Assembly: GCA_964276515.1 (NCBI GenBank)
Contig: OZ193909.1
Coordinates: 17,484,001 to 17,548,000 of the forward strand
DNA from: Gordius albopunctatus
Taxonomy: Eukaryota
Direction of reading: 5' to 3'
Length of the DNA stretch: 64,000 nucleotides
Shown here: piece after piece, positions 33,936 to 46,000 of the stretch
Position numbering within the stretch: position 1 is the first letter of the stretch
How the letters are laid out: each line of letters begins with the position of its first letter
Notes under the pieces: generated by a model
What the model saw: only the letters and a program-made list of their open reading frames with translations
Databases searched by the model: none
What the model was told of the DNA's origin: nothing
Translations under genes and position numbers: made by a program

Positions 33936-34516
33936 TGTCCCTACCGATATTGCTGTTTCTGGGTTCGAGTACAGGAGTTGGCATAAATCTGCAGCCAATA
34001 TCGATAGCTTGGCGCATGACAAGGAATTAAAGCCAGGAGTATTCCTTCCTGAGCAACCGGGATGGAGGAGAAAGAAATCGAGTCAATGCTGGCATGAGGG
34101 TTTCATTGCAACAAGAACGGAACCGTTGTCATACTCAGTGGAAGCGGACGAAAGGCTACTGCGGAAGCATGTCGACCAACTAAGGAAGAGATTCTTAGAT
34201 ACACAAGAGCTGATGCAAGTGTACAACCGTCAGTTAAGCAAACCACCTTCAATACTTATCGAGGAAATATAATTAAAACCCAAAAATAAAGGTAGGACTT
34301 ATGTTATATATTTGAATATTGTATTTTAATATTTATTCCAAATGACACAATTTATCGTTTCGTACTTTAGGTATATTTCTATTATCACATGATATCGCCA
34401 TATTGCTTTATCGCGCGGATGTTTAATACTTAATAAACTCCAGTTATATCAGGTACTATTTCTTAAATGTGAAATATTAAAGAGAGAGAAAAGAAAATAG
34501 TTAGTGATTTGTAACA
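33936..34516 (+). mobile_element. Gypsy integrase C-terminal fragment followed by a probable short LTR (34302-34516)
   Basis: WHEGFI..RTEPLSYSV..RKHVDQLRKR; purine tract, then TGTTA...TAACA. Confidence 0.6.
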
Positions 34517-36164
34517 GTATCGTGTTGTTTATATAGTAAAGTAAAGACAATCATTTCATGGTAATGCTCAAATAACACTTTAAAACACCGTTGGCTCTTT
34601 GTATACAATTAATTCAATTAAGATTTTAAAAATTATAGTAAAGTAAAGAGGTTAATTTGATTAATCATTTCAAGGTAATGTTTCATTAACACATTAAAAC
34701 ATTGTTGCCTATTTGTATACAATTAAATCAACTACGATTCTGTATAACGCCTTACCTGAAAATTGCGAATGATCGTAAATTGAACAACTCTTAAAATCAA
34801 GTATAAGATTAGATTAAGGAACTGGTCTAAGGGTTAGGTATTAAATCAGTGGAAAATTATGTATGTTCATCTCTCTTAAATTTATCCATTGTTTCAATTT
34901 GTCCATTGTTCTTTTGTTGTGTTTTTTATAATTAATAAATAAGTCCTATTTCTAATACTTGGCGCTGCAGGCAATATGTCCCTAAAGAATTTGGTTTTAT
35001 TCAAAAATTTATCGAGGATTAATTAAATTACTTGGACGCTCGCCTAGATATTATAGGAATATCCTCCGATGTGACGAGGAAAAAGCTAATAAGGGTATTA
35101 TTAGGCACCACAAATTAAGAAAACTATCTCAGTTCTTCTGTTTAAAGACGCCATTTTGAAGAAAACGTCTGTGCGTTGCCTATAGTTTTTAAAGACAACT
35201 TCAGGGTTTGTGGCAAGAATGGAACTGATGCGTTCGAAGACCAGAGGAGTTGGTATTATATTTTAATGCAAAATTAGTTCCAAACCGTGGTATAGAGCAC
35301 CCTTCTTAACGCACTTTTAGACAAAATGTTTGAAACTAAACGTGGTTTTAAGCAAATTTCTGATTTGTTATTTTTCCGCCTGAACCCCACCCTGTGTTAA
35401 ATTAAGATGCCCGTCTGGACCCGCCCAAAAGTTTTGTGAGTGTCCGCCCGGCTATGCCCGAATTATTAGAGCTGCCCGAAAGACAAGATCCGAATTCGAA
35501 TTTTTTAGTTTTTGTCATTAATTTTTTTTATATACTTGCTAAAATTGTAAAATTCACTTCTGGTTTTATTTAGTTGAGAGCTATGATTAATGAATATTAT
35601 ACAATCAAAAAGTGACAAAATAATACACCTAAACAAAATAATTCGTTTTATAAAAAATCTCATTAAGTCTGAATTGCCCGAATCTTTTTATAATCCAATA
35701 GTTGTATGTAATTAGCAGAATTTCATTTAGTATTAAATATTAAATTAATATAAAGTTTTGCCATGTTGCCACGGTGTTTTCGAAACAAATGCGACTCAAA
35801 ACAATATAACTAATCCTTCTGCCTTAAGGAGGATGAGTTAGTACGAAAATTCGTTGATTCTTAAGCATTGATGCTACACTCTATTGTTACAAAAATCACG
35901 TTTTAAGTTGTTTTATTGATCGTATAGGCGACAATTAAAAATTTAAATCATTGCATTGGCGTAGCTAGGGGGGGGGGGAACGGCTGCCCCCTCTAAATCC
36001 AAAAATTTGTCAAAATTTATTAAAATTGTGGCAAAACTTTCAAAAAAGATCATTTTGCTCCTCCCTAAATCAATATTGCCCCCTCTAATCACAATGCTGA
36101 GTACCCCCATGATTTATTACACACATCAATATCATTTTTAACTTAAAAAATCCTTTGAATATCT

Positions 36165-36830
36165 TCTTCTTTTTTTATCAGTTATTTGGCCCCAAAGTCG
36201 TGGGGTTTGCTTTAATGAGTTTCTTCCATCTTCATCGGGTAAGTGCCATGTATGGACCAATATCTTTAGTTTTGATAACTTGATCGACTTGCCCTTTCCA
36301 CGTGACACGAGATCGTCCTCTTCCTCTCTTGCCCGATACCTCCATTTTGAGTGCTTTTTGTTTAACATCATTCGTCTCTCTTCCAACGCTTGACTTCGAC
36401 CACCTTGTTCTTGAACGAATCGCTTAGAATAATACCGACCTCGTTTCTACGATTTGGTGACCCACTGTAGAATAGTTTATATCCTTCTCCTAACTCCCAA
36501 GTTTTGGCTCTGTTCCACCTGGCCTCTTGCAGGCAGACGATGTGTATCTCCTCTTTTTAGCTTTTGTGGGACCTCTATGCTCTTTCCCGTAAATGTTCCC
36601 ACATTCCAGCCAGTTAATCGCATTCTTTTTACAACTACTTTCATTTACAGCCTTTGTTGTGAGTCGCGTAGTTACCCTAATATATTTTTCATGTTGCACG
36701 GGGGGGGGAGGGTATGCGGTGCTCGTTGTTTGTGGAGGACGCCATAGCTTTCTGTTGTAAAGTTTTGTTAGAAACTATCGTGGTTTTGGAGCAGGTTTTT
36801 ATAGCTGGTTTCCGACCTGACGTCAATCCA
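36165..36830 (-). mobile_element. Internally deleted RTE LINE (5' end and endonuclease start joined to the 3' end)
   Basis: Endonuclease segment similar to 33480-33935 fused to a 3' tail similar to 51580-51760. Confidence 0.75.
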
Positions 36831-36849
36831 CCACGGATATTCGGTATGG

Positions 36850-39310
36850 GTATGGTGTTGGTTTAAAAAAATTTAAATTATAGCATGCTAGGATTAATAA
36901 TATTAAAGAAAGGTTAAACAAAATTTTTAACGTGGAATTGGGTTCTTTAAATAATATCATTTTTAAATACTGGTTAATTCTAATGCAGACCACTTTTTTG
37001 TTCTGCGAGAAGCATACCCTTAATTTGGAAAGATAAAGTGCACCAGGTTTTTGTAACTGGCTTAAATATGATGTCATAGAACCGATCAAATATTCGAAAT
37101 GGACAACTCCCTTAGTTCTTGTCAAAAAAAAGTGATGGAACTATTAGAGTGTGCGTGGATTATCGCGTTAATGTTAATAAATTGGCAATTGAAGTTAAAT
37201 ATTCATTACCTAGGTTAGATATGGTTTTAGCTATTTTAAAAAGTAGTAAATAATTTTCCAGGCTAGATTTAGCTAACGCCTAATTAAGATTATTAACAAT
37301 TAACATCATCGATAAGGATTTATTTGCATTTGAACGGTTACCTTTTAATTTAAGTGTATCTGCACCTAATTTTTAGAGGGCGATAGCATTTATATTTAAT
37401 AACATAGAAGGTGTATTTTTTATTTGGATAATATTTTGATCATAGGTCCTAATCAGGATGAACATGATTTACTGTGGAGAAGGTGTTAAATTTAAATAAA
37501 ACTAAAAACCTGTTAGGCATTGACCAAGTAATTTATTTAGGTAATGTAATAACTGATGGTAATGCTAAACCTAATTTTAAAAAATAGACGTAAAAACATT
37601 GATAGATCAAAAGATAGAAACTAGCATCTTTTATAAATTTTATGAATTATTACACAAACTATTCTGGTTCTTTATATGAATTTATTAAGGAAAATGGTTT
37701 ATTTAAATGGGATAATTTATATCAATGCTGTAATTTCTTAAAAAATGTTTTATTCGTTGATCCAATAGTTAGATGCTTCGATCCTGATAAAGAGCATATT
37801 TTAAAAGCGGATGCATCTAATAGGGGTATTGGTGAGACTATATGTCGGATGAAAGGTGAAATATAGCATCCTATTATTTATTTTTTCCGCAAGCTTACTA
37901 AAGCTTATCTAAATTATTTGGTGGTAGAAGATCAGGGTCTTGCTATGGTTTATTAATAGACTTTGTAATGAATATTTAATTGGCAAAGAGTTTTAATAAT
38001 TAACTGATCATAAGCTAGTGGTAGTTTTATTTAATAAAATAAACACAGGTTTTTAATGTCACTAAGACTCCAGAGATGGTCATTAATTCTGTTAATTCTA
38101 GGTAATCTAATCATTCATTAATATCAAAATATAGGGAAGGTAAAAGTAATCTTTTAGGTGATATTTTGTCGCGTATGAACAAAGTAATTTATGGTATTAC
38201 CTAATTAGAATAGTGGTACCTTTATAATTTGGATATCACGTTGTTCACATTCCTTTTTACTATATATGAATACACATTATTTATACTCCTCCTTATTCTA
38301 TTCACAATCATTATAATTTGAATAGCCCCCAACTACCTTACGAGTTATTTATATTAACCTCTTTACAATGGTATATAAGCTAATGCTTAACGATATAGAA
38401 GGACTTTGGTTTTATATTAATAAAGTAGGCTTAAACCCTACAAATTAATGATATTTCTATCTCAGTTAATAATACGCAATTATAAATTATTAATACCAGT
38501 TGAGGTGCGTTCCATATTTTTACACCCACAAACCATCCAAGTTCTAACTTCCACCTGATTTTTTACGTGACAACGCTCATAATGATAATTTAATACGTAA
38601 GACTAAATACAATATTAATGATTTGGTATGGTCTAGGAATTATAATGGTGAGCCTAGATAGGAATTATTGATGGTAATAAACCATATGGGTTATAAAATA
38701 TATAAATTTAAGTCATTAAAGACTGAAAAATAGATACTAGGCATCTTGAACAATAAATGAGTTATAAAGCTTAATTTGTCTATTTAATTTTTATATAAGT
38801 ATCTTCATGGTGCAATGTGCAGGTAGTGACGAGAATATCGGATATTCATCCATCGGGTCCATTGCACATGTCATTCACTATTGGGGAGGATGGCGTTCCT
38901 AGGATGAGTCATTTCTTTAAGAGTCCGGCAGCCATGAGGATCCCAGCGGGGGTCCCGGCAATCAGAACTAGGTATTCGAGAGAGTTACCGGGGCCTAAAT
39001 ATTGCCGTGTTAGATGCGGGAACCGGAGGTGGTACGGGGTTTGCCAGAGATGGCATAACTTACCCATGTGTCCGCCCCCGAGGATAACTTTAAATTACAA
39101 TTTAATTACGATGCCAGTCGTAACGTTGGCGATGAAAGTTATGGATACTTTAATAACTTACTTCGGCGATGTACTTGGCAAGTAATTTGCCGGGATAGCG
39201 ATTCAGCTGGTAAAATAGGAGGTGTGGCATATGTTATATTGACTTTTCTTATATTGCCTCCCGTTCGATTATATTCTAAATATATTGTCTCTCGCCCGAT
39301 TATATTATAC
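36850..39310 (+). pseudogene. Decayed Gypsy element related to the 3509-9217 element (RT, RH, IN end, ORF3, start of LTR at 39223)
   Basis: Frameshifted matches such as [41 protein letters not shown]; purine tract AAAATAGGAGG then TGTGGCATATG. Confidence 0.85.
38817..39185 (+). CDS. ORF3-like ORF of the decayed element
   Basis: Lies between the IN end and the PPT; RRWYGVCQRWHNLPMC resembles KKCWGCKSKHLPPMC; start codon uncertain. Confidence 0.5.
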   Translation: MQVVTRISDIHPSGPLHMSFTIGEDGVPRMSHFFKSPAAMRIPAGVPAIRTRYSRELPGPKYCRVRCGNRRWYGVCQRWHNLPMCPPPRITLNYNLITMPVVTLAMKVMDTLITYFGDVLGK

Positions 39311-39311
39311 A

Positions 39312-40372
39312 CTAGATGAACCCGGCAAACTTTGTTTTGCCATTTACCCGGGTGTATAAAATTATGTTGTAATTTTAGGGCATATTTGATGATAAAGCGG
39401 TTATTGAAGTAAAAATAAAGTTTGATAATTTTTAAACAAATAGTTAAAGAGGGTCCAAGGCCCAGGCCCACCCAAGAGAGAAAACCTGGCCCCATGCCCC
39501 CCAAGGGAAAAATCTTTGGCCCCCTGGCCCTTCAAGCAATTTTTTTTTATTTTTTAGTAATTAAGAAACAATATCATAATTATTTGTTTCTGAATAAAAC
39601 TTTTAATTCTGAACTTAGTAATGTCCGAAGAACTGAGATATACCAACATTAATTGGCACTTTGTTAATTGTATTTTCATTTTTCTCTTTATTTAACACGC
39701 AAAAAATGACAAAATTAGATTTTTTTAAATTTATTTAGCCACGCAGGTGGAGACACGACCGCCCTATAATAATAATAATTGACGTAAAAAATAAGCAAGA
39801 AAATGACTTTGATTCATGGGCGTACCCAGGGGGGGGGGACAGGGGGGGGAAGCAGCCCCCACCCCCCTAATTTAAAAAAATATTAATTTTTCAATGCAAA
39901 ACCCCTGAAAAATTATGTTTTGCCCCCCCCCCCCCCTAATTAGTCTGGGGAGGGCAGGGAGGACGGCTAGCCCCTGCGGGTCTCAGGAAAATATTTGGAT
40001 AGTCGAGAAATTTTTTTTAATCTGCCCCCCCCTCTAATTCAAAACCTGCGTACGCCCATGCTTTGATTTAATGTTTCAAATCGTAAAAAGTTTCCATTTT
40101 CCGCAGCACATGCCTACATTTATCACACTAACATAGTTTTATTTAGATAGGCAGTACGTCATGAGGTTGTGTTTGATTGACATTTTATTAAACGGCAAAA
40201 CATATAAAACAAACTAACTCAAAAAATACTGCACCTATTTGGCTCGAACATATCTTAAAACATGCTCCAGAGTGTGGGGAATAAAGTGTGAAATTTTGAG
40301 CCAAATCGGTCCGGTAGTTCTCCAAAATTGGTGGCGGCATACATACATAGTTTTATTTTTATATATATTATA
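39312..40372 (-). mobile_element. Non-autonomous Helitron (with nested MITE 39815-40060)
   Basis: Minus-strand 3' end GGCAAA-N6-TTTGCC hairpin, GGGTTCAT, CTAG|T; body homologous to 54678-55622. Confidence 0.75.
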
Positions 40373-40689
40373 CATTTATAATTGTACTTTAATAGGCTGT
40401 CATGATTGTTTAAGATGTAGGCAGTAAAAAATTCACGAATTGCTTTTGTATCCAAGGAATCCCGTAATTGATAAGTAATAGGAGTGTAGTGCCTCTGGCG
40501 ATACCTAAATTACCGAATTGTAGAATGTTGGTGGTGATGCCTCGAGTGACAATTAAATTACCGTTAATTGGGTTTAACGTATATCTTCGTTTCTGTATAG
40601 ACCATTATCATTCTCTCGATTTTAATTCTTCCTGACGTTAATTATAATATTATCCTGCGCGGGCGTCCTGAGTAGGATCCTATGCGGTG

Positions 40690-41070
40690 ATGCGAAGGTA
40701 TAAACTAAATAATAATATCAAAGTATTTATAACAAAATTTGAGCTATTCCTAAGGACCGAGCTTAAACCCGGGACGAACGAGAGAAAAGCTGCGATGCTA
40801 TTAGGCAACCTCGAGGGGTAGGTATTCCAATTATTGTTATAAGTCTTTAGACCGCGAGATCTTACAGGAATTTTATACGAAGAAGCTAAGAAACAGCCAA
40901 GGAAATTATTCGATAGGAATTCATGTGTGATGGCAATGAGATATAAATTCTCAAAGGTTCGACAAGAGGTGGGGGAGACGATATACGTATACGCGAAAAA
41001 ACTCAATGCCACAACTCACAGATGCAATTTAGGAAACAAAAAATTGCAAAACAGATTATTTTATTAATTT
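40690..41070 (+). pseudogene. gag: Decayed conventional Gypsy/Mag gag capsid region
   Basis: KAAMLLGNLEG*..LYEEAKK..VMAMRYKFSKVRQEVGETIYVYAKKL..RCNLG with in-frame stops; possible PBS TGGCGA at 40496. Confidence 0.65.
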
Positions 41071-41419
41071 TGCCCTAAATTGAAAAGTGTTTTATTACTC
41101 GCTTAAAATATGCGCATCAAAAATGCTTAAACACAAATTTTAACCTTTAATGATAAACTACTGTGAAAAGCGTAGATTTTAATCTAATACTTACTCAGCT
41201 TATAAGCCAGTCAAACAACCTATTTGTCAAACATATATTAGGAGATCTAATTAAAAAATTAACATTATGATAGAGTTGTTGCTGTCGTCGTCCCTGTAAA
41301 TATTAATAAATATTAAATTCTAATAGATAAGAGGTCTAATAGAGGCAAGCAACATAGATTACTATAATCAAAAAATGTATTTCGATGTGTATGCGGCTTC
41401 ATATATAATTTTGCACAGA

Positions 41420-42440
41420 TAGTTAGTTTTAAGGTATTCAAATATCTAAAATTCGATTTCTATTGTGTTTATAAATTGTATAATAAGGGGTGAGAATAGA
41501 GCGGTACCATACATTCGAATTGTGTAATAAAGGATATGAATAAAGCGTTACCATATATTCAGACTGTTTAATTAATAAGGGATATGAATAAAGTGCTACC
41601 ATATAATTCCGCTCCCTATTTGCAAGTAGTGCTAAAAGTTAAAGTATTCGGCTAATTTAATTGGCCAGTGAACTTTTCAATAGACTTGCTGGTTGTATGG
41701 CTTGACTTAGTGCTGTTTCAGGTGGTTGCAGGTGTAAAGGTGGAAGGCTGAGATGTAATGGTTGGGCATTTTGTGAGTGGTTTTTGTAATTTAACTGATT
41801 CGACATAGACTAGCTTTAAACGGTCAATCGATATTTTATCTTTTTTCCCGTTTCTGTCTATCACAAAATATTTAGCTTGTATCTCAATTACTTTGAAAGG
41901 ACTTTCGGTTTCTATGTGGTTTTGGGTATTGTGTTTTGTTGTTGGCGTATATATTGTGTTTTGAAAACTCTGGGGAATTTTTTTTAATAACGAACTAAAT
42001 TCTTGAGGATGTGTAGAGAAATAGGTTTCTACTTTAATATAACCCAAATTATTCGAGTGAATGCTTTTAAATAAAACGTCGTTTTTATATACACATCTGG
42101 CGAGGTTATTTGTGTGAATAATAATGGTGAATAATGTGGTATTTAAATTATAAGGAGTAATCAAATAATAAGGTTAAGATATATGAATAGTGAGGTTTGT
42201 GAGTGCTCGAATAGTAAAGGTTAAGTATTTTCCTAGGTAACCGATGATTGAGTTGCTTTATTCGAATTACCTAGATAACCATAGATGTACAAAAGTCAGT
42301 TGTTAATTTAACTCGTTAAATGTATTTTGTTTATGTAAAAATGATGAGGTTTGTGTTTCTATTTGTTATCTCTTCTTAACATCTACTGTTAATTTAAAGT
42401 TACTTAAAAAATCTGCACCATATATTGGAAGTTTTACAGA
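41420..42440 (-). mobile_element. Internally deleted Gypsy fragment (protease end, integrase tail, LTR-like tandem repeats at 41480-41610)
   Basis: LPIYGADFL; SPFKVI..ISIDRLK. Confidence 0.6.
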
Positions 42441-43046
42441 GTTCTTTGCTAATATATATACATATCTTCACGAGCGTGAACAGGTTGAGACTGGGACTGA
42501 CAGTTGTCCAGTATATTTATACAAATTATAAAAATTACTATCTTACCTTCCTTAAAATTATCAATGTTTTGCTTCCTTAACTCAAATCCTTGCATTAGGT
42601 AAGCGAAGAATAGATTTATGCCTATTGGCTTATATGCAGAAAACATGTGATGTATATTTTAAAAAAAATTTCATAAAGGTAACACAGGCTTTAAAATCCA
42701 CATACATACTTAATACTTTGTATATTTTCAAAAAATGCTAACATCTTCATTAGGAATTTTGTGTTAAAACCAAAATCACGTTAATTTAATGGATTTATTC
42801 TTCTAAACAAGTATTTTTATAAAGTGTGTAAACAAGTTTGATTTTTTAAAAGGATAATTTGGATTTTTATAACTTCTGAAACTAGTGTGTCTATTTAGGT
42901 AAGGCAATAGGTATGTGTTAAGAACTTAAAATACCTTGTTTTTGTTGATTACCTATCTTATAAACATAAATATACTCTTTGTACTGTGTCAAATGCTGTG
43001 TATATACATATTGATTATATATTTTGCTTTAAGATTTAGTATCATT

Positions 43047-46000
43047 ATGATCAATGACTCAGAAGGTAGCAGGCTATCTTCAATGTTCAAACGTGTTTCA
43101 ACCTTAATTGAACCTAGGGGAGGGAGTCAAGTAATTTTTTACAAACTCTATCTATTATATTTATAGGATGAGCTTAAAAAATTTTGGATGCCAGACAGTA
43201 ATTGCAAAGAATGCTATGAATGTGGAGGCCACTTTACAACATTTAGACGTCGACATCATTGCAGAATTTGTGGACAAATCTTTTGCAGTAAATGTTGTCA
43301 CCAAGAAATTCCAGGAAAAAAATTTGGGTTTGAAATTTCTAACTATAATCTATTATTTTTTGTTTGAAATATCTAAAAATTTTGTAGTTTAACAGGATCC
43401 TTGAGAGCATGCCATTATTGTTGCTCTTACCTAACCAAACATACAAATTTGACGTCAAAAAAATTACCTTCTCTTAATCAATTGAATAAATTGGAAAAAA
43501 GTAAGAGCATAAGCTATGATGACTTTACTTATGAGCACAATGCCAAACTATCTATTAATGGCATGCCATTAATTAATCCTGCGCAAAAAGATTCTGTCAA
43601 TGCAGAAGCAAATTTATATTATAGTGAGACTGATACAAAGTCTCTCTCAAATGATTTCAGTCTTAATGAAGCTGATTATTATACGGATAAATCCCTGGAT
43701 TTATTCTATGACCAAGATGCAACAGATATAACATGTAATTTATATAGAATTAACATACAAATACATTTTTTATCATTTTTTTTATTATTAAACTAACATT
43801 TTTGGATGATAAGTTTGAATTACACATTTTAATTTTGTAGCTCGAGAAGTTAATGTGCCCAATTACTCTTCTCTCCCTAATTCTTATAACCTGGAAGCCC
43901 TAGGTTTGGGAGCCTATTTATCGAGTGTGTACGAAAAAATGCAGCACCCCCTGCTCGGTATCAAGCTAGCAAACAATCGATTACATTTCAAAAATTATCC
44001 CAATACCATCACAGGTATACAATATTATTATTCGTATTTCTGAATAAATATAAATAAAATTAAAGAGAAAAATAAATTTATAAAGAACTGCCATTATTAA
44101 AGGTGCCCAGGTTATAGAATGGATCCTACGCCTGCCTAGCATAGCAAATCGTGAAGCCGCTTCATCCTTAGCTCAAGCGCTGTTGGATTTTGATTACATT
44201 ACATCGGTCACCAATGGTAAAACTAACAAAGAGGCCAAGCCTGCTTTCCGCGATAATGACATTTACAAAGCAGGGTTGGCATCTGTTACAGGCATAAATA
44301 AGCTTAGCCTACCTGACCCCACTAGCGGTATACACAATGATGAGCTAAGTTTTAACATTATATAATATCCTTTTTGTATAGAATGCGAATATACGAAAGT
44401 TTTGAATATGACCTTAGCTGGCGCCTCTTCGGTATCTTACACAACTCGGTCTCAAAGTCCGGAAGTTGGCCTAAAGGTTTTTGTCACATTTATATATGTT
44501 TAATAAAGCAAGCTGTTATTATATAACATCCACATTCCCTTTACTAGAACGGCTGAATGGTTTTAAGTTTATAAAAACCATTGTATGGAGATAAAAGAAT
44601 TTGCTTATTAGATCAACGTTATAACTATAAACTCTTATATTCATTTCGGCTTATTATTTATAGTACATATAAATTTTTAGTTGAACTGAAATTTAAAGTT
44701 GAAACTGAACTAATTTCTTTTTTAGGTAAGGAACGATTAATTCAAACTAATACTTTTTTTGAGGAACCTTAACAACACCATTAAAGTTTATGTACAAAGG
44801 AAAGATAAAAAATGCTAAGTCTTCTTAAAATTCTATATCATTAATAGGAATTACAGAGGTCCTTAAATATTGACTTTGTGATTTCACCCCGTAATATGAA
44901 AGATAACTGATAGATGATTATATGCTAAATAATATGTTTTTTGTTTTTTACCAAGTCGTCCATCTTTTGAGATAAATGAAGTTAAAGGTGCAAAATGGGC
45001 ATTTAAACCTTTTTTAAGGCTGTATTTCCACCCCTGTTTTTTAATATTTATTTTAGATTTTCTCCCCTCTCTCTCCTACGCTTCCACTATCGCCCCTATA
45101 TCTAGCCAAGCACACAAAAAGGGTGCGGTTTTGGAAGTAGAAGGAGAAAGTGAAGTATGTAGCGCGCCCTAGGGTGTGCTGAGGGGGTATTGTAATCTTC
45201 AGAAAAAGAGCCACACCCACACTGTTAGTCTCCTTCTCTGGTTGAATACCGACCATTAACTGGTCTATGATTTTTTCATAGAGACCCGATGGACCATTAG
45301 ATATATGCTAAGGGGGTGTTATTAGCTAGTTGTTATTGTCATCATCATTAACACGATATGTGTTGATTTGTTAATCTAAGCTATCCTATCTATAAAGTAT
45401 AAGTAAACTAATATTAAATCAAAGACTTTGCTAATTACCGGACAGGACATTCAACTTTTACTTTTATGGGCGTACGCAGGATTGTATAATTTTTTTTTTT
45501 GGGGGGGGGGGTAAGGGGAAGGGAGGGTTACAATATCAAATAAACTGTATCTAAGCTTGGTGTTTTTGTTATGCCCCTCCAAAAATATAATGTTCTTAAG
45601 CCCTTGTAATTTTTACACAAATTATAAATTATTTTCATCTTTCGACTAATTTTTATCTGTGTAAAAGCACAACAAACATTTTATTTCAAAAAAATCATTT
45701 TCATCTAAAAAAATAGTTCCAAAAATATTTAACCATGAAAATTTTATAACCGCCTCCTTCAAAAAATCCTTCTTATGTTTCTAGATTTTTATAAGTGTCT
45801 TAAAGTCTTTGATGTAACTAAACTATAATATTTTAACCCATTTAATTTAGTTATTAATCAAAAAACCTTTCAGGAATTTCCCGTCCCTCCCCCTCATTTA
45901 CGCCACTGATTTATCCACATTGTTGCTATTTTATGTTTAAAAAAAGTAAATAGTACTAATTACCTCTTCCCCCTCATGCCTTATTTGTTTCATCAATGTG

